From a virus (taxonomy: Duplodnaviria > Caudoviricetes), in the IMG/VR virus record IMGVR_UViG_3300020043_002360, positions 1-35,957 of that record: 35,957 nt of DNA. One strand, written 5' to 3'. Below, piece by piece: positions 7,897-17,232 of this stretch. Every line of letters starts with the position of its first letter. Position 1 is the stretch's first letter. Both the position numbers and the translations under genes were made by a program. The notes under the pieces are model-generated. The model ran no database searches. It saw only the letters and a list, made by a program, of their open reading frames with translations, and was not told where the DNA came from.

Positions 7897-8799
7897 TTAT
7901 TCGAGAAGTAGGCAGTTGTTGGCGGCGGCTTGCATGATGACCCAATTGGTGCCGTCAGACACCATTGTCGCCCAATTTCCCACAACCGCCAAGAGGATTG
8001 CTGTCCCAGCCGACGTGCTGTCAAGGGGCACTACATTGCTTGACGCTGATACCAGCGTTTGAGCTTGCATGTTCTTAAACGTCAATGACCGCCCCGTGTT
8101 AGTTGCAGGCGCGGGCAAAGTGACCGTACAGGTTGATCCTGACTTATTGTTGATCAGCCACACGTCAGTGGAAGCAACAGTAAAGTCAGTAGTTTTAGTT
8201 ACTGGCGCAGATGGCGAAATGTAAGGTAACGCTGGAATATCCGCAGCCACCAAAGCACGAAAGGTTGGCACAGCCGCCGCGCCAGCAGTAGGGCCAGCAA
8301 GCACATAGTTAGCAGTCTTTACCCCATACGGGTTAAGCGTGTCGCCGTACCCCGCCGCTAAACTAATAGTGGGTGTTGCCCCACCAGAAGACACTACCGG
8401 CGCAGTGCCGGCCACCGACAACACACCTGTATTAGCAATCGTGACGTTGCCTGTTGCGCTAGACACTGAAATGCCCGCACCTGCAATGTTTGACAGCACG
8501 CCAGTGTTGGCCAGCGTGATTGTGCCAGCCCCATTAACTACTGATATACCTGCGCCAGTGCCAAGCGTGTTTAGGGAATACCCTGTACCGTTACCAATCA
8601 ATAATTGGCCGTTAGTTGGTATGGTGCTTAAGCCCGTGCCGCCACTGATAACCGGGATAATGCCGACGCCAGAGCCAAGAGCTTCGTACAAGCTATAAAA
8701 CCACCGATACCACTCACGCGAAATTGTTCCGGTGCGCTCGTCAATAAACGCCACTCGCGGCGGCGTAATCTGAGTGGCGTTTGGGTTGGTGGTCGCCAT
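7897..8799 (-). CDS. Tail needle/tail fibre-like protein (P22 gp26 position)
   Basis: N-terminal PPRVAFIDERTGTISREWYRWF, Gly/Thr-rich ~25-aa repeats (GAGISV...T[LI]ANTGVLS) and a beta-rich C-terminal domain. Follows the gp10-like gene. Confidence 0.7.
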   Translation of the reverse strand: MATTNPNATQITPPRVAFIDERTGTISREWYRWFYSLYEALGSGVGIIPVISGGTGLSTIPTNGQLLIGNGTGYSLNTLGTGAGISVVNGAGTITLANTGVLSNIAGAGISVSSATGNVTIANTGVLSVAGTAPVVSSGGATPTISLAAGYGDTLNPYGVKTANYVLAGPTAGAAAVPTFRALVAADIPALPYISPSAPVTKTTDFTVASTDVWLINNKSGSTCTVTLPAPATNTGRSLTFKNMQAQTLVSASSNVVPLDSTSAGTAILLAVVGNWATMVSDGTNWVIMQAAANNCLLLE

Positions 8800-8801
8800 A
8801 G

Positions 8802-10241
8802 TTAGGCATTGGTCGGGCTCAACAGCAACTCGGCGCCCATAATGGCCACTTTGACCGGGTCAGTCATAGACACTTCATAGACACGATCTCGCAGTTTGAG
8901 CGTCATGCCTAGCCGCCGCCAAAACGTCCGGTGGCCATACGCACCAATTCTGCCAAGTGGCGACCAATGCTCGTTTGACCAAGTGTGGCCGCCGTCGTCC
9001 GACCAACGCAGCATGACTTCGGGGTTTGAACCTTGGCCTAGATTTAAGCCAACGCCCGTTTCGCAATCTAATTGCAAGCTGTGGTGGGCCGTGCGCTTGA
9101 GGTTGTTCTGACCCGTGGGCAACGCCCGCCAGGTGCGCAGCCATTTTTGAATTTGGCCATTGTCGGCGTACACGTCAAGGTCAAAAGCGTAAATGTTGCC
9201 GTTTTCAAAGTCGCCAACGACAATTTTGTTGTTGAACGCCATTTGGCAATTACTACGGTGGCGGGTAAATGCGCCGTCAACAAAGCCCGCCCGCTCATGC
9301 CAGGCTTGGGTGGCCGCGTCATACACCCAAGTGGTGTTGGCCGTGGGGAAGATCAGCACGTAAAAGCTGTGGCCATCCTGTTGATAAGTGTACGCAATGG
9401 CGTCCGACATGTCGGCATATTGCTGAATGTGCCATTCAACCGCATGGGTCGAGATGCGCTGGCCTTGATACCCGTTGGCCCGATAAACGATGCCTTGGCC
9501 CCGGCGATCCCGGCCCAGCCAGAACAGGCCGTTGTCCATCTTGGCAACCGAGTAGGGGGCGGCGCAACCAAGTTCATTGAACGCGCCTTGGATGCGTTGC
9601 AAAGGGAAATCTGTTGCTCCTGAGTCGTACCATACTTCAATGGAATTTGTCCCAAACGCCCAGATTTCGCGAAAATTAGATGCTACGGCCAGCAAGCCGT
9701 CAGGCGAACCCTCAGTGCTGGCAAATTCAAGCGGGTCAATCGATGTGCCGTCCAAAAGGGCCGTGACCCACATCTTTTGGCTATTGGGCTCATTGAACAC
9801 AAAGTAGCCATCCAAGTAACAGACCGTCACTGCGCCGGGAAAGTCAGGGTCAGAAATTTGGCCAAAAGCGTTTGTGGTGTTGTTGTAGATGTAGCTGGGG
9901 CCGTTGGCTGCAATGAACAGTTGCGTGCCGTTGTCGGCCATGCTGACCGGCCCAGTGCCCGCTACGGTGCCGATCAGCGTGGGCACGTAAGCGTTGTTGA
10001 TCTTGTAAAGCTGGGTGCCTGACACCACAAAGCCCACGCCATCGTTGGGTGAGAACGCCCACAAGCCGCGAACCGGGCCAGTGCCCACTGTTGACAAAAG
10101 CGCCAAGCCTGGGCAGCGCTGCAAAAATGCAGGCTCTTTACCGCCTTCAGGGATAACTTCCGGAAACAAGTTGACCATGCGAGCATCGCCAGCGTTGACG
10201 CTGCGGGTCACATAGGTCGAGCCAAGGATAGGCGTTTTCAT
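8802..10241 (-). CDS. Tail hub / packaged DNA stabilization protein (P22 gp10-like)
   Basis: 479 aa, beta-propeller-like. Motifs VSMADNGTQL, YLDGYFVF, TWVYDAATQAWHER and MLRWSDDGGHTWS. Confidence 0.92.
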   Translation of the reverse strand: MKTPILGSTYVTRSVNAGDARMVNLFPEVIPEGGKEPAFLQRCPGLALLSTVGTGPVRGLWAFSPNDGVGFVVSGTQLYKINNAYVPTLIGTVAGTGPVSMADNGTQLFIAANGPSYIYNNTTNAFGQISDPDFPGAVTVCYLDGYFVFNEPNSQKMWVTALLDGTSIDPLEFASTEGSPDGLLAVASNFREIWAFGTNSIEVWYDSGATDFPLQRIQGAFNELGCAAPYSVAKMDNGLFWLGRDRRGQGIVYRANGYQGQRISTHAVEWHIQQYADMSDAIAYTYQQDGHSFYVLIFPTANTTWVYDAATQAWHERAGFVDGAFTRHRSNCQMAFNNKIVVGDFENGNIYAFDLDVYADNGQIQKWLRTWRALPTGQNNLKRTAHHSLQLDCETGVGLNLGQGSNPEVMLRWSDDGGHTWSNEHWSPLGRIGAYGHRTFWRRLGMTLKLRDRVYEVSMTDPVKVAIMGAELLLSPTNA

Positions 10242-10972
10242 CAGTAATTGCCGGCGTAGATGTTAAAGCGCTGGCGAGTCGCAATCAACGAGTACGGCAT
10301 AGACATGATGTCATCAGGATTGTTGATGCGCTTCAAGTTGCGCTTGCTGGTCATAGCGATGCGCTGCACTTGCGGGCTGGGCTCAACACCAAACTCAGGC
10401 GCAAACTCCATGGCCAGGTTGTACGTAAAAGCACGTAGGTACCCAGGCGGGAACAGAATGTCGGTCGCCAAATTGGCAGGCTGACTTAGTTCTTGCACGC
10501 TGACAAAGTGGAACTCCAGCAGGCGTGTGGGGCGCGGGTAGATGTTGATCGTAACGTCTGGGTAGGTCATGTTGACAAACATAACCTGGGGGAATGTTGA
10601 GGTCACGGTCTTGACCGCAATCCCGTTGTATTGCTGCTGATTGATCAGCTTGAGGCCATACGACACTCCCGTGCCGGGGTCTTTGAAGTAGGTGGCGTCG
10701 TCCACCAAAATGGGCCGCACGGCGGTGCCGTTTAGGCGCACCAAAGAGCCGGTAGGGCCAAGAGTTTCTTCAATTGAGCCGACCGGCCAATTGACAATTT
10801 GGTCGATGGTACAAAAGACAGACAGACGCTCGGTGTTCCAAGAGTCAATCATCTGGTTGAGCGCCATTAGCGCATCTTGAGACACCGATGCAGAAGGGGT
10901 TTCACCTTCGGCCAGCACACCCAGCAGCCGCAGCGCCCGGTTGATCTGATCGGCAGCAGAGTAGGTGGCCAT
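10241..10972 (-). CDS. Head-tail adaptor (P22 gp4-like)
   Basis: INRALRLLGVLAEGETPS...ALNQMIDSW and PPGYLRAFTYNLAMEFAPEFG motifs. Immediately upstream of the gp10-like gene. Confidence 0.8.
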   Translation of the reverse strand: MATYSAADQINRALRLLGVLAEGETPSASVSQDALMALNQMIDSWNTERLSVFCTIDQIVNWPVGSIEETLGPTGSLVRLNGTAVRPILVDDATYFKDPGTGVSYGLKLINQQQYNGIAVKTVTSTFPQVMFVNMTYPDVTINIYPRPTRLLEFHFVSVQELSQPANLATDILFPPGYLRAFTYNLAMEFAPEFGVEPSPQVQRIAMTSKRNLKRINNPDDIMSMPYSLIATRQRFNIYAGNY

Positions 10973-10974
10973 CT

Positions 10975-11172
10975 TTACGCTCCTTGTTCGACCGCCTCAA
11001 CAGCCGGGCGGCCACGTCTACGTTTTACTTCCTGTGGAGCCGCCTCTGCAACAACATCCGGCGTGTCAAGAGTATAGCGTGTCCAGCCATTTTTTTCATC
11101 GTTCTCGGCTTCAAGTTCCATTGATGCAATCTTTGCGCCGTGGACGGGGTGAGACATGTAAATAACGGGCAT
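10975..11172 (-). CDS. Hypothetical protein (65 aa) with RRRGRP AT-hook-like motif
   Basis: Fills the gap in the late operon. Contains KRRRGRP. Confidence 0.7.
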   Translation of the reverse strand: MPVIYMSHPVHGAKIASMELEAENDEKNGWTRYTLDTPDVVAEAAPQEVKRRRGRPAVEAVEQGA

Positions 11173-11197
11173 AAAAAGAAGGGGGTGATTAGCCCCC
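11173..11197 (-). terminator. Rho-independent terminator-like hairpin
   Basis: Minus strand GGGGG-CTAATCA-CCCCC-TTCTTTTT, just after the 11205 stop. Confidence 0.65.
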
Positions 11198-11204
11198 TGG
11201 TTGG

Positions 11205-11612
11205 TTACACAGCGCCGTGGATGATTGCAAAGTTGAGAACGACAGCTTCGGCCAATGCGCCGCCAGTGCTATTCCACAACCCGATTACAGCAGATCCAGT
11301 GGTCATACTGGACACATAAGGCCAGTAAGCGCCAGCAGTACCGCCGCCAGACACGTTAACAATGAGAACATCGTTTGCGCTGATGGTACTGTTAGTCAAC
11401 GTAAACGTGACTGCTGCACCGCCGGCCAAAGATGCCGCGTTCATGGTGATTTTGCCTGCTGATTTGTTCAAAGTTACGCCAGTACTTTTGCTGGTCAACT
11501 GAGTAACTGTGCCTTGAGCAGCGGGAGCGTAACCGATTTCTTCGGTTGCGTACATCGTACTGAATTCTGGATCCAGATACGCAACGCCAGTGGCTTTTGT
11601 GTTTGAAGGCAT
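11205..11612 (-). CDS. Putative virion structural (decoration) protein
   Basis: 135 aa, Thr/Ala/Gly-rich beta protein (GTVTQLTSKSTGVTLNKSAGKITM). Two genes downstream of the coat gene. Confidence 0.65.
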   Translation of the reverse strand: MPSNTKATGVAYLDPEFSTMYATEEIGYAPAAQGTVTQLTSKSTGVTLNKSAGKITMNAASLAGGAAVTFTLTNSTISANDVLIVNVSGGGTAGAYWPYVSSMTTGSAVIGLWNSTGGALAEAVVLNFAIIHGAV

Positions 11613-11623
11613 GATTGTTCCTT

Positions 11624-11644
11624 AAAAACAGGGGCCGAAGCCCC
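11624..11644 (-). terminator. Rho-independent terminator with cUUCGg loop
   Basis: Minus strand GGGGC-TTCG-GCCCC-TGTTTTT. Confidence 0.8.
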
Positions 11645-11652
11645 CATCAGGT

Positions 11653-12060
11653 TTACTTCAAAAACGCCGAATAGGCTGCGTCGCCAGTACGCACGAAACG
11701 GTACGTGTGCGCACCAAAACGTGGGACAGTCACAGAGCCAAAGATCGTAATACCAGTGCCTGTGGTAACAGGAACGGTAGACGATGAGCCGGTGTTGTTG
11801 TTGTTGCAAATGGTCAATTCAAAAGCTGAACCAACTTTTGCGCTAGGAACAGTGGCATCGAGCAACGTTGCTGTGGGCAACGTTACGGTCAATGTGGCAT
11901 CGCTGCCTTTGTTACACACAACCAAACCAACCGCCACTTGAGCGGCGGTCAAAGTGGTGTCGCCGGTCAAAGTTGCGGGGATGGTTTGTACGGTGAGTTG
12001 AGCTTCAGTCAGATTGCCGTCACCAACTTGGTAACCGCCTGCGCCATTAGGTAATGCCAT
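11653..12060 (-). CDS. Putative capsid decoration/cement protein
   Basis: 135 aa, Thr-rich beta protein directly downstream of the coat gene. Has an AAGGA RBS. Confidence 0.65.
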   Translation of the reverse strand: MALPNGAGGYQVGDGNLTEAQLTVQTIPATLTGDTTLTAAQVAVGLVVCNKGSDATLTVTLPTATLLDATVPSAKVGSAFELTICNNNNTGSSSTVPVTTGTGITIFGSVTVPRFGAHTYRFVRTGDAAYSAFLK

Positions 12061-12088
12061 GATAAATTTCCTTTAAAAAGTTACGAAA

Positions 12089-12110
12089 TGAAGCCCCCGA
12101 AGGGGCATTC
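12089..12110 (-). terminator. Stable cUUCGg hairpin after the coat gene (weak terminator or mRNA stabiliser)
   Basis: Minus strand GAATGCCCC-TTCG-GGGGCTTCA followed by an interrupted U-tract. Confidence 0.65.
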
Positions 12111-12114
12111 AAGA

Positions 12115-13314
12115 TCAACCCCAAATGCGGCAGGCCATCTGAGGACGAATGGTGGAGAAGCCATACAACACGTCAATACGGCAAGGCATACGGTCGTTGT
12201 TGATGTCGTACTGGCGAACCACACGCAAGCTAATGCCATTGTGGACGGCACGCGCAGCCATGTCTACGCCCTGGGGCAGCAACAAGTCAGCGGTAGCGAA
12301 CGTGATGGCGTCCTTGTGGTAGACCAAGTTCTGGGGGTACTGGGTTGAAGCAGCGCCCACAAACACCACGGCCTTAGCGTTAGCTGGCAAAGTCAGCATG
12401 GTAGCCAGAGCATGGTTGGCCGAGTACATCGGAGCCACGGTCACGGTAGCGGTGGTGCTGGTGGTTGAAGACGCCAAAGCCACAAACTGGAACAACGAAC
12501 CAGTGGATTCACGGGTTTGTGGGTTCACAGCGTAGCAGTCAGCAATCGTGAACACGTCACCAACGGTGATGGTTTCACTAGAGCCAACAGTCAGCGTCAA
12601 AGTAGCAGAACCTTCAGCGGTCACAGCGGCAGCGGTGACGGTGCCGGTAGCGGCGCGAGTGCCAGTGGTGTGCTGCTTGATCGACTGAGACATGTTGATC
12701 TCGTCAAAGCCCAACACACCCATGCCCATCATGCCGTTCTTGAATTGGCGGCTAATGGTATCGGTGGGGTTGAACAGACCCTTCATGCCTTCGACCAAAC
12801 CAGCGTTAGCGGCGGGGTTGACGGTGGCATAACGGGGGCTCATCACAGCGGCGTTCTCGTTCAGCTTCTGCTGGGCTTGCAACAGCACCAAAGAAGTCGA
12901 AGGAGTGGTGCCAGGCGTGCCGACGGTGTTACCGATGCTCTTGTAAGCATTGGCGACATCAGCGTCGATGGAACTGGCCAACTGGCTGATACGAGGCTTC
13001 AACACACGCTCTGCGAAGTCATCCAACTGCATGGTCAATTCAGCAGATGTGAAGTTGACACCAATGTGCTTTTGGCTGGCCACGGTCAAGGTGGTGAACT
13101 GTTCGTTGTCGTCTTGAACTTGCAAGGCGGCGCCGTCGGTCACCAAAGCGCGATCAGGCAGGCGAATACGCAGGGTCGAACCAATCTTGGCACCTTCAAC
13201 AGCAAAGCTGTCGTCGTACTGACGGTTCACATTACGGGTCAACACAAGGTTGTTTTCGAGAATCTCAAGCGCTTTGCGCGTGATCATGTCGATGGTTAAG
13301 ATACTGTTAGCCAT
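12115..13314 (-). CDS. Major capsid protein (P22 coat protein family)
   Basis: MANSILTIDMITRKALEILENNL, AKIGSTLRIRLP, QNLVYHKDAITFATADL and CRIDVLYG motifs. Strong codon bias. Confidence 0.95.
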   Translation of the reverse strand: MANSILTIDMITRKALEILENNLVLTRNVNRQYDDSFAVEGAKIGSTLRIRLPDRALVTDGAALQVQDDNEQFTTLTVASQKHIGVNFTSAELTMQLDDFAERVLKPRISQLASSIDADVANAYKSIGNTVGTPGTTPSTSLVLLQAQQKLNENAAVMSPRYATVNPAANAGLVEGMKGLFNPTDTISRQFKNGMMGMGVLGFDEINMSQSIKQHTTGTRAATGTVTAAAVTAEGSATLTLTVGSSETITVGDVFTIADCYAVNPQTRESTGSLFQFVALASSTTSTTATVTVAPMYSANHALATMLTLPANAKAVVFVGAASTQYPQNLVYHKDAITFATADLLLPQGVDMAARAVHNGISLRVVRQYDINNDRMPCRIDVLYGFSTIRPQMACRIWG

Positions 13315-13334
13315 GGAAAAAGTCCTTTAAAAAT

Positions 13335-14117
13335 TTAGCGGTTTGCCTGCATCTTTTTCAACTGTCGGGCTCGTTCGGCATCAATCCACTCTGAGGCACT
13401 CATGGTCTTGGTAGACCGAGGATCAGTCGTGTCATAAGCCGGCGCTCCAGAGGAGCGAGCCGTCACGGGAGAAATCGGTGCTGGCGCGGATGTCGTTTTC
13501 TTTACTGGCGGATCGCTGGCCAATTTGGCCTCAATCCGTCCAATTTCCTTGGCCTGCAAGATAGGTGCAAGACGGGAGATTCGATCTGCTTCCTTGGGGT
13601 TTGCACCGAGGTAGTAAGCTACTTCAGGGCCAACGTCCGAGGCTTGAATCGACTGAGCCATCACGGTCGTGATCGGAAGTTTCGGGTTGTACGCAACTTG
13701 TTCAAAGTCATCGTATTTATTCCGAGCTTCTTCTTCCTTCTCGTGATAAGTCTCAAGAATTTCAGATTGCTGCCGGGCATGTTCACGCTGGGCAAGCAGC
13801 TCTTCAGCCTTTTTGTAAGCCAATGCGTCTGCATAGGCTTCGGGGCTTTCAAACTGATCAACCGGCGGGATGTCTGCTGGCGCTCTCAATGCCTGCGTTT
13901 CCGCTTGCCTTTGAGTCTGCTCTCTTTCCCACTTACGCTGTTCTCTCGCAAGCCGCTTACCGATGGCTGCATCCAGTTCTTCTTGGGTAAAAACCCTCGA
14001 AGGTTCTTTCTGCTCATCAGCGACTACCGGCGCATTTTCTACAGTCTCAGGAGTGGCCGTCACTTCCGTTGCTGGCGCGGAGTCAACTTCCGCTAGGTTT
14101 TGGACTTCTTCAGTCAT
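13335..14117 (-). CDS. Scaffolding protein
   Basis: Acidic N-terminus, coiled coil, GPEVAYYLGANPKEADRI...QAKEIGRIEAKL. Directly upstream of the coat gene. Confidence 0.85.
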   Translation of the reverse strand: MTEEVQNLAEVDSAPATEVTATPETVENAPVVADEQKEPSRVFTQEELDAAIGKRLAREQRKWEREQTQRQAETQALRAPADIPPVDQFESPEAYADALAYKKAEELLAQREHARQQSEILETYHEKEEEARNKYDDFEQVAYNPKLPITTVMAQSIQASDVGPEVAYYLGANPKEADRISRLAPILQAKEIGRIEAKLASDPPVKKTTSAPAPISPVTARSSGAPAYDTTDPRSTKTMSASEWIDAERARQLKKMQANR

Positions 14118-14170
14118 GTCAATGAATCCTAAGATTCCCCGGTGAACCTCGCCGGTAAGGGTTTGTCAGC

Positions 14171-14199
14171 ATTATGCTGGAATTTTTGTGTCTTGTAAA
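14171..14199 (-). promoter_or_regulatory. Sigma70-like promoter for scaffold/coat genes
   Basis: Minus strand TTTACA-N17-CATAAT, 53 nt upstream of the scaffold ATG. Confidence 0.7.
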
Positions 14200-14207
14200 A
14201 GTTTACT

Positions 14208-16427
14208 TTATACACCAATATTTTGATTGGCATAGGTGGTTGTCCAATCAAAATTCCCTGCACCAGTTATTTGCAAAAATGTGAGTTGCGGAAGGGAATT
14301 AGATGTTAAGGTTGCGCCACTTAAAGCACCTGTGAAAGTTGTGCTGACAGGTATTGTGCCCACTAATTTTTTGATAAAACACAAAGCCCCATCGCCATAA
14401 CTGTCAATCAATACAAACGAATTTGCACCATTTGTAAACACTTCACCGCCTATTGGTGTTCCAACTGTTGAACTACTTGCCGCCAAATAAAAACTATTTG
14501 AAGGCACTTGAACAAAATTTTGCGGCAAAGTTGAATAAAGTGATTCAACATAGTTCCCAGTAACCGCTGCCGTACTTTGCGCCGCAGGATTTGATGATGT
14601 TTGAATTCTGATACCACCAACAATTGCCGCAACCACATTGCTTCCTGTTGGCCTTGCATCAGTAGCGGGTGGGAAATTTTCAAACGTAAGGGTGTTGCCC
14701 GTTATTGTTGACCAAAAAGAGGTTGTGTTTCCGCTTGCAAAATCAATTGCAATCCCCGCTAATGATGGGCTTGATGAAGCATATCGACCATAAATTGCAA
14801 TAAAAGCATAAGGGCCATTGTTTGCTTGGGCGTAATCTTTAACTGAATTTCCAGTTATTGTTACTCCATAAGCAGACCCAACGTGAATGCCGCCAGCCAG
14901 TACGCCATCAATCACATTGCCCGTGATCGTTACATATTGCGAACCATCAACAGCAATCCCCATGTCGCCTGATTGACGAATGATGTTGCCCGTCATAGTT
15001 AAGTATTTCCAACCATAAAATGCAGTATCAGCAACAGGCGTGTCAATTATGTTATTAGACACAACTGCTCTAGCTAGATTTATGTTCATTGTTGTTGAAG
15101 CAATTGAACCATTACTAAATTGAAGCAAATAAGTTCCAGCACCGCCAGTTGTGCCCGATAGTTGCGAAATAATTGCATTGTCGGCAAATATATTATTTCC
15201 AGAAATAACGCCGCCAGGAAAAATGGCTACCCCCGCAGAAAGTGATGTAACGGTCAATGTGGTGGTGCTGATTGACCCGACAAATGTGCCCACACTTCCC
15301 CTTGCAACCAACTGATGCCCAACCATTGTGTTGTTGCATATTTCTAAATTGGTGGTATTAAAGTTATACAACGCTGAAATGCCGTTTTTGTTTCCCGTTG
15401 CTGGGTCTGTCCATCTGGGTGCAATCAGCGTGTTGTCATTCATGCTGACTTGCTGGCAATTAGAACAAGCAATTATGGTTTGACCTGGAGACAAAAGGGC
15501 GTTGCTTGTGTTGTTGAAAAAATCAACATAATTTGCATTTACAACCGAAATACCCCTGCATGGCAAAGCAAATTTACAGTTATCAATAGATACTGTTCCA
15601 GTTGTCGTTATGCTTGCAATAAAATAGCCGCCCCAAGTTGTCTGGCTTACATCATCAGCATATCCCGCTGGCGATGCTTGAGTCCAATTTTGGTTAAAAC
15701 AAACGTTAGATGCAAAAAAATCACCAGTTGCTGTTATTCCAGCAGTTGCATTTGTTGAGGCTGAAATTTGTTTTAAAACTGCATTTTCTCTACTTGACCC
15801 AACAATGCTCAAAGTTTTTGTGGCTGGTACGGTAACGTTACCGTACATAAACGTGCCGTCAGGCACAAAAAGGGTAATGTTGTTGTTGGCGCAAGCTGTA
15901 ATTGCCGCTTGAAGTGCAACTGTGTCATTAGTAGTTCCATCGCCAACGGCACCAAAATCTCGCAGAGACACACTCTCGGTAAATTTTGTATGGACAGTTC
16001 TTGCAACCGCACCCGTCAAAACCGTTGTTGTATCAAATGGGTTGGCTTGCTTGAAACCAACTAACGCATCACCTTTTGCAACATCTGATGTGTTTGCTAA
16101 TTGGGCCAGTATGTTTGTTGTGACGGCTGTAGGGTCATTGATGCCTGGAATGTTGTCGTATGTCCCAATCAATACGGCCGCAGACGTTTGAAGAACAAAT
16201 TTGTAATTTACATTTTCCGTCAACCAAATTTCGTTTGCAAGCCGACCAGCAGAATTCAACACAATCGGGTTTGTGTTAGCAACATTTCCTGCATTGGTCG
16301 TAAATGTTGCTTGCGGCGTGGTTGTTCCAGCGGCGTAGGTATACAGCAAACCCCCGGTCAAAGGAACGCCGCTGTTGTCAAAAAACTGTGCTCCAGCGCC
16401 CGCCAAATAAGATAGATAGACGGCCAT
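14208..16427 (-). CDS. Tailspike / polysaccharide depolymerase (pectate-lyase-like beta-helix)
   Basis: N-terminal virion-binding domain (GGLLYTYAAGTTTP...NTNPIVLNSAGR), SLRDFGAVGDGTTNDTVALQAAI beta-helix cap and repeated xITGNxI rungs. Confidence 0.9.
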   Translation of the reverse strand: MAVYLSYLAGAGAQFFDNSGVPLTGGLLYTYAAGTTTPQATFTTNAGNVANTNPIVLNSAGRLANEIWLTENVNYKFVLQTSAAVLIGTYDNIPGINDPTAVTTNILAQLANTSDVAKGDALVGFKQANPFDTTTVLTGAVARTVHTKFTESVSLRDFGAVGDGTTNDTVALQAAITACANNNITLFVPDGTFMYGNVTVPATKTLSIVGSSRENAVLKQISASTNATAGITATGDFFASNVCFNQNWTQASPAGYADDVSQTTWGGYFIASITTTGTVSIDNCKFALPCRGISVVNANYVDFFNNTSNALLSPGQTIIACSNCQQVSMNDNTLIAPRWTDPATGNKNGISALYNFNTTNLEICNNTMVGHQLVARGSVGTFVGSISTTTLTVTSLSAGVAIFPGGVISGNNIFADNAIISQLSGTTGGAGTYLLQFSNGSIASTTMNINLARAVVSNNIIDTPVADTAFYGWKYLTMTGNIIRQSGDMGIAVDGSQYVTITGNVIDGVLAGGIHVGSAYGVTITGNSVKDYAQANNGPYAFIAIYGRYASSSPSLAGIAIDFASGNTTSFWSTITGNTLTFENFPPATDARPTGSNVVAAIVGGIRIQTSSNPAAQSTAAVTGNYVESLYSTLPQNFVQVPSNSFYLAASSSTVGTPIGGEVFTNGANSFVLIDSYGDGALCFIKKLVGTIPVSTTFTGALSGATLTSNSLPQLTFLQITGAGNFDWTTTYANQNIGV

Positions 16428-16428
16428 T

Positions 16429-16602
16429 TTATGTTCCTACTTCACGCAATTGTTGCTCAGTTGGTTGCGGATTAACATTAACCCAAGATTTGATGTAATC
16501 TTCCCCACCATCATTTTGCAACTGAATTGTCGCGCCAAAGCCCAAAAAATCTTCGTCTGTTAAGTTTGGGTAAATAAGTCTGATTTTTTCAATTAGCGTC
16601 AT
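16429..16602 (-). CDS. XkdW-like small tail-associated protein (57 aa)
   Basis: Hand-translated MTLIEKIRLIYPNLTDEDFLGFGATIQLQNDGGEDYIKSWVNVNPQPTEQQLREVGT. The IQLQND..YIxxW..PQPT pattern typically follows phage fibre genes. Confidence 0.7.
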   Translation of the reverse strand: MTLIEKIRLIYPNLTDEDFLGFGATIQLQNDGGEDYIKSWVNVNPQPTEQQLREVGT

Positions 16603-17229
16603 TTAAGCACTCCTTAAAAAAGAACCTTGAAACCATGTGTCCGAAACACTTGCGCTTGTGTTTTGCGGCACTACAAAAGCCCCATAAACTTGAACGCAGT
16701 CTGTTGTGCCGTTGAAATAAATAATGGCTGCCGCTGTAAATGCACCTCCAACAGCAGTTGTTAAATTTATGCCTCGTTTAAAAATAGTTCCATTTTTATA
16801 AAAACTAATTTGCCCACCCGTAAATGATGCTTCAGCACTTATGCAAGCATTCAATTGATAATATCCAGCAGTTTGCGGATTAAAAGAATATGCTAAAGCA
16901 GACCCAACAGTTCCATTTGTATTGTTGAAATATGAATTTGTGTCAAACTCTTCATTTTGAAATTGAATCAAAGTTAAAGTACTTGCAGACAATGCTTGCG
17001 CCACGTTTTGTGTCGCGCTAAAAGTGGCAATTATTGACGAGTTTGTACCGCCAGATGTTATTGGTAGTGGTGTTGTTAAAGCCAATGAGCTTGCTGAAAC
17101 AGCACGGCCGGCAGTTAAGTTAGCCACAGAAACTTGTTTAGTGGCGCTAGACTGAACAATTGGTAATACTTCAGTACCCGCTAAGGGGACAGTTGACGCT
17201 GGTAGTGCTGAGATTTTGGTGTCGGCCAT
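16603..17229 (-). CDS. Short fibre protein with C1q/TNF-like C-terminal domain
   Basis: MADTKISALP...GTEVLPIVQ anchor. C-terminal FNPQTAGYYQLNA...WFQGSFL resembles a C1q-like jelly roll. Confidence 0.7.
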   Translation of the reverse strand: MADTKISALPASTVPLAGTEVLPIVQSSATKQVSVANLTAGRAVSASSLALTTPLPITSGGTNSSIIATFSATQNVAQALSASTLTLIQFQNEEFDTNSYFNNTNGTVGSALAYSFNPQTAGYYQLNACISAEASFTGGQISFYKNGTIFKRGINLTTAVGGAFTAAAIIYFNGTTDCVQVYGAFVVPQNTSASVSDTWFQGSFLRSA

Positions 17230-17232
17230 TTT

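Noticed and set aside
7896-8024. N-terminal extensions given by the ORF track (cupin, lysozyme, terS, helicase, 24616, 24867, 33897)
   Set aside because: They overlap upstream genes or promoters. Downstream ATGs with RBS, ATGA coupling or better gene packing fit better.
12517-13299. 260-aa plus-strand ORF antisense to the coat gene
   Set aside because: Shadow ORF produced by strong codon bias of the coat gene. No RBS or recognisable motifs.
14208-17229. Diversity-generating retroelement acting on the fibre/tailspike
   Set aside because: No reverse transcriptase is present and I noticed no template/variable repeat pair.
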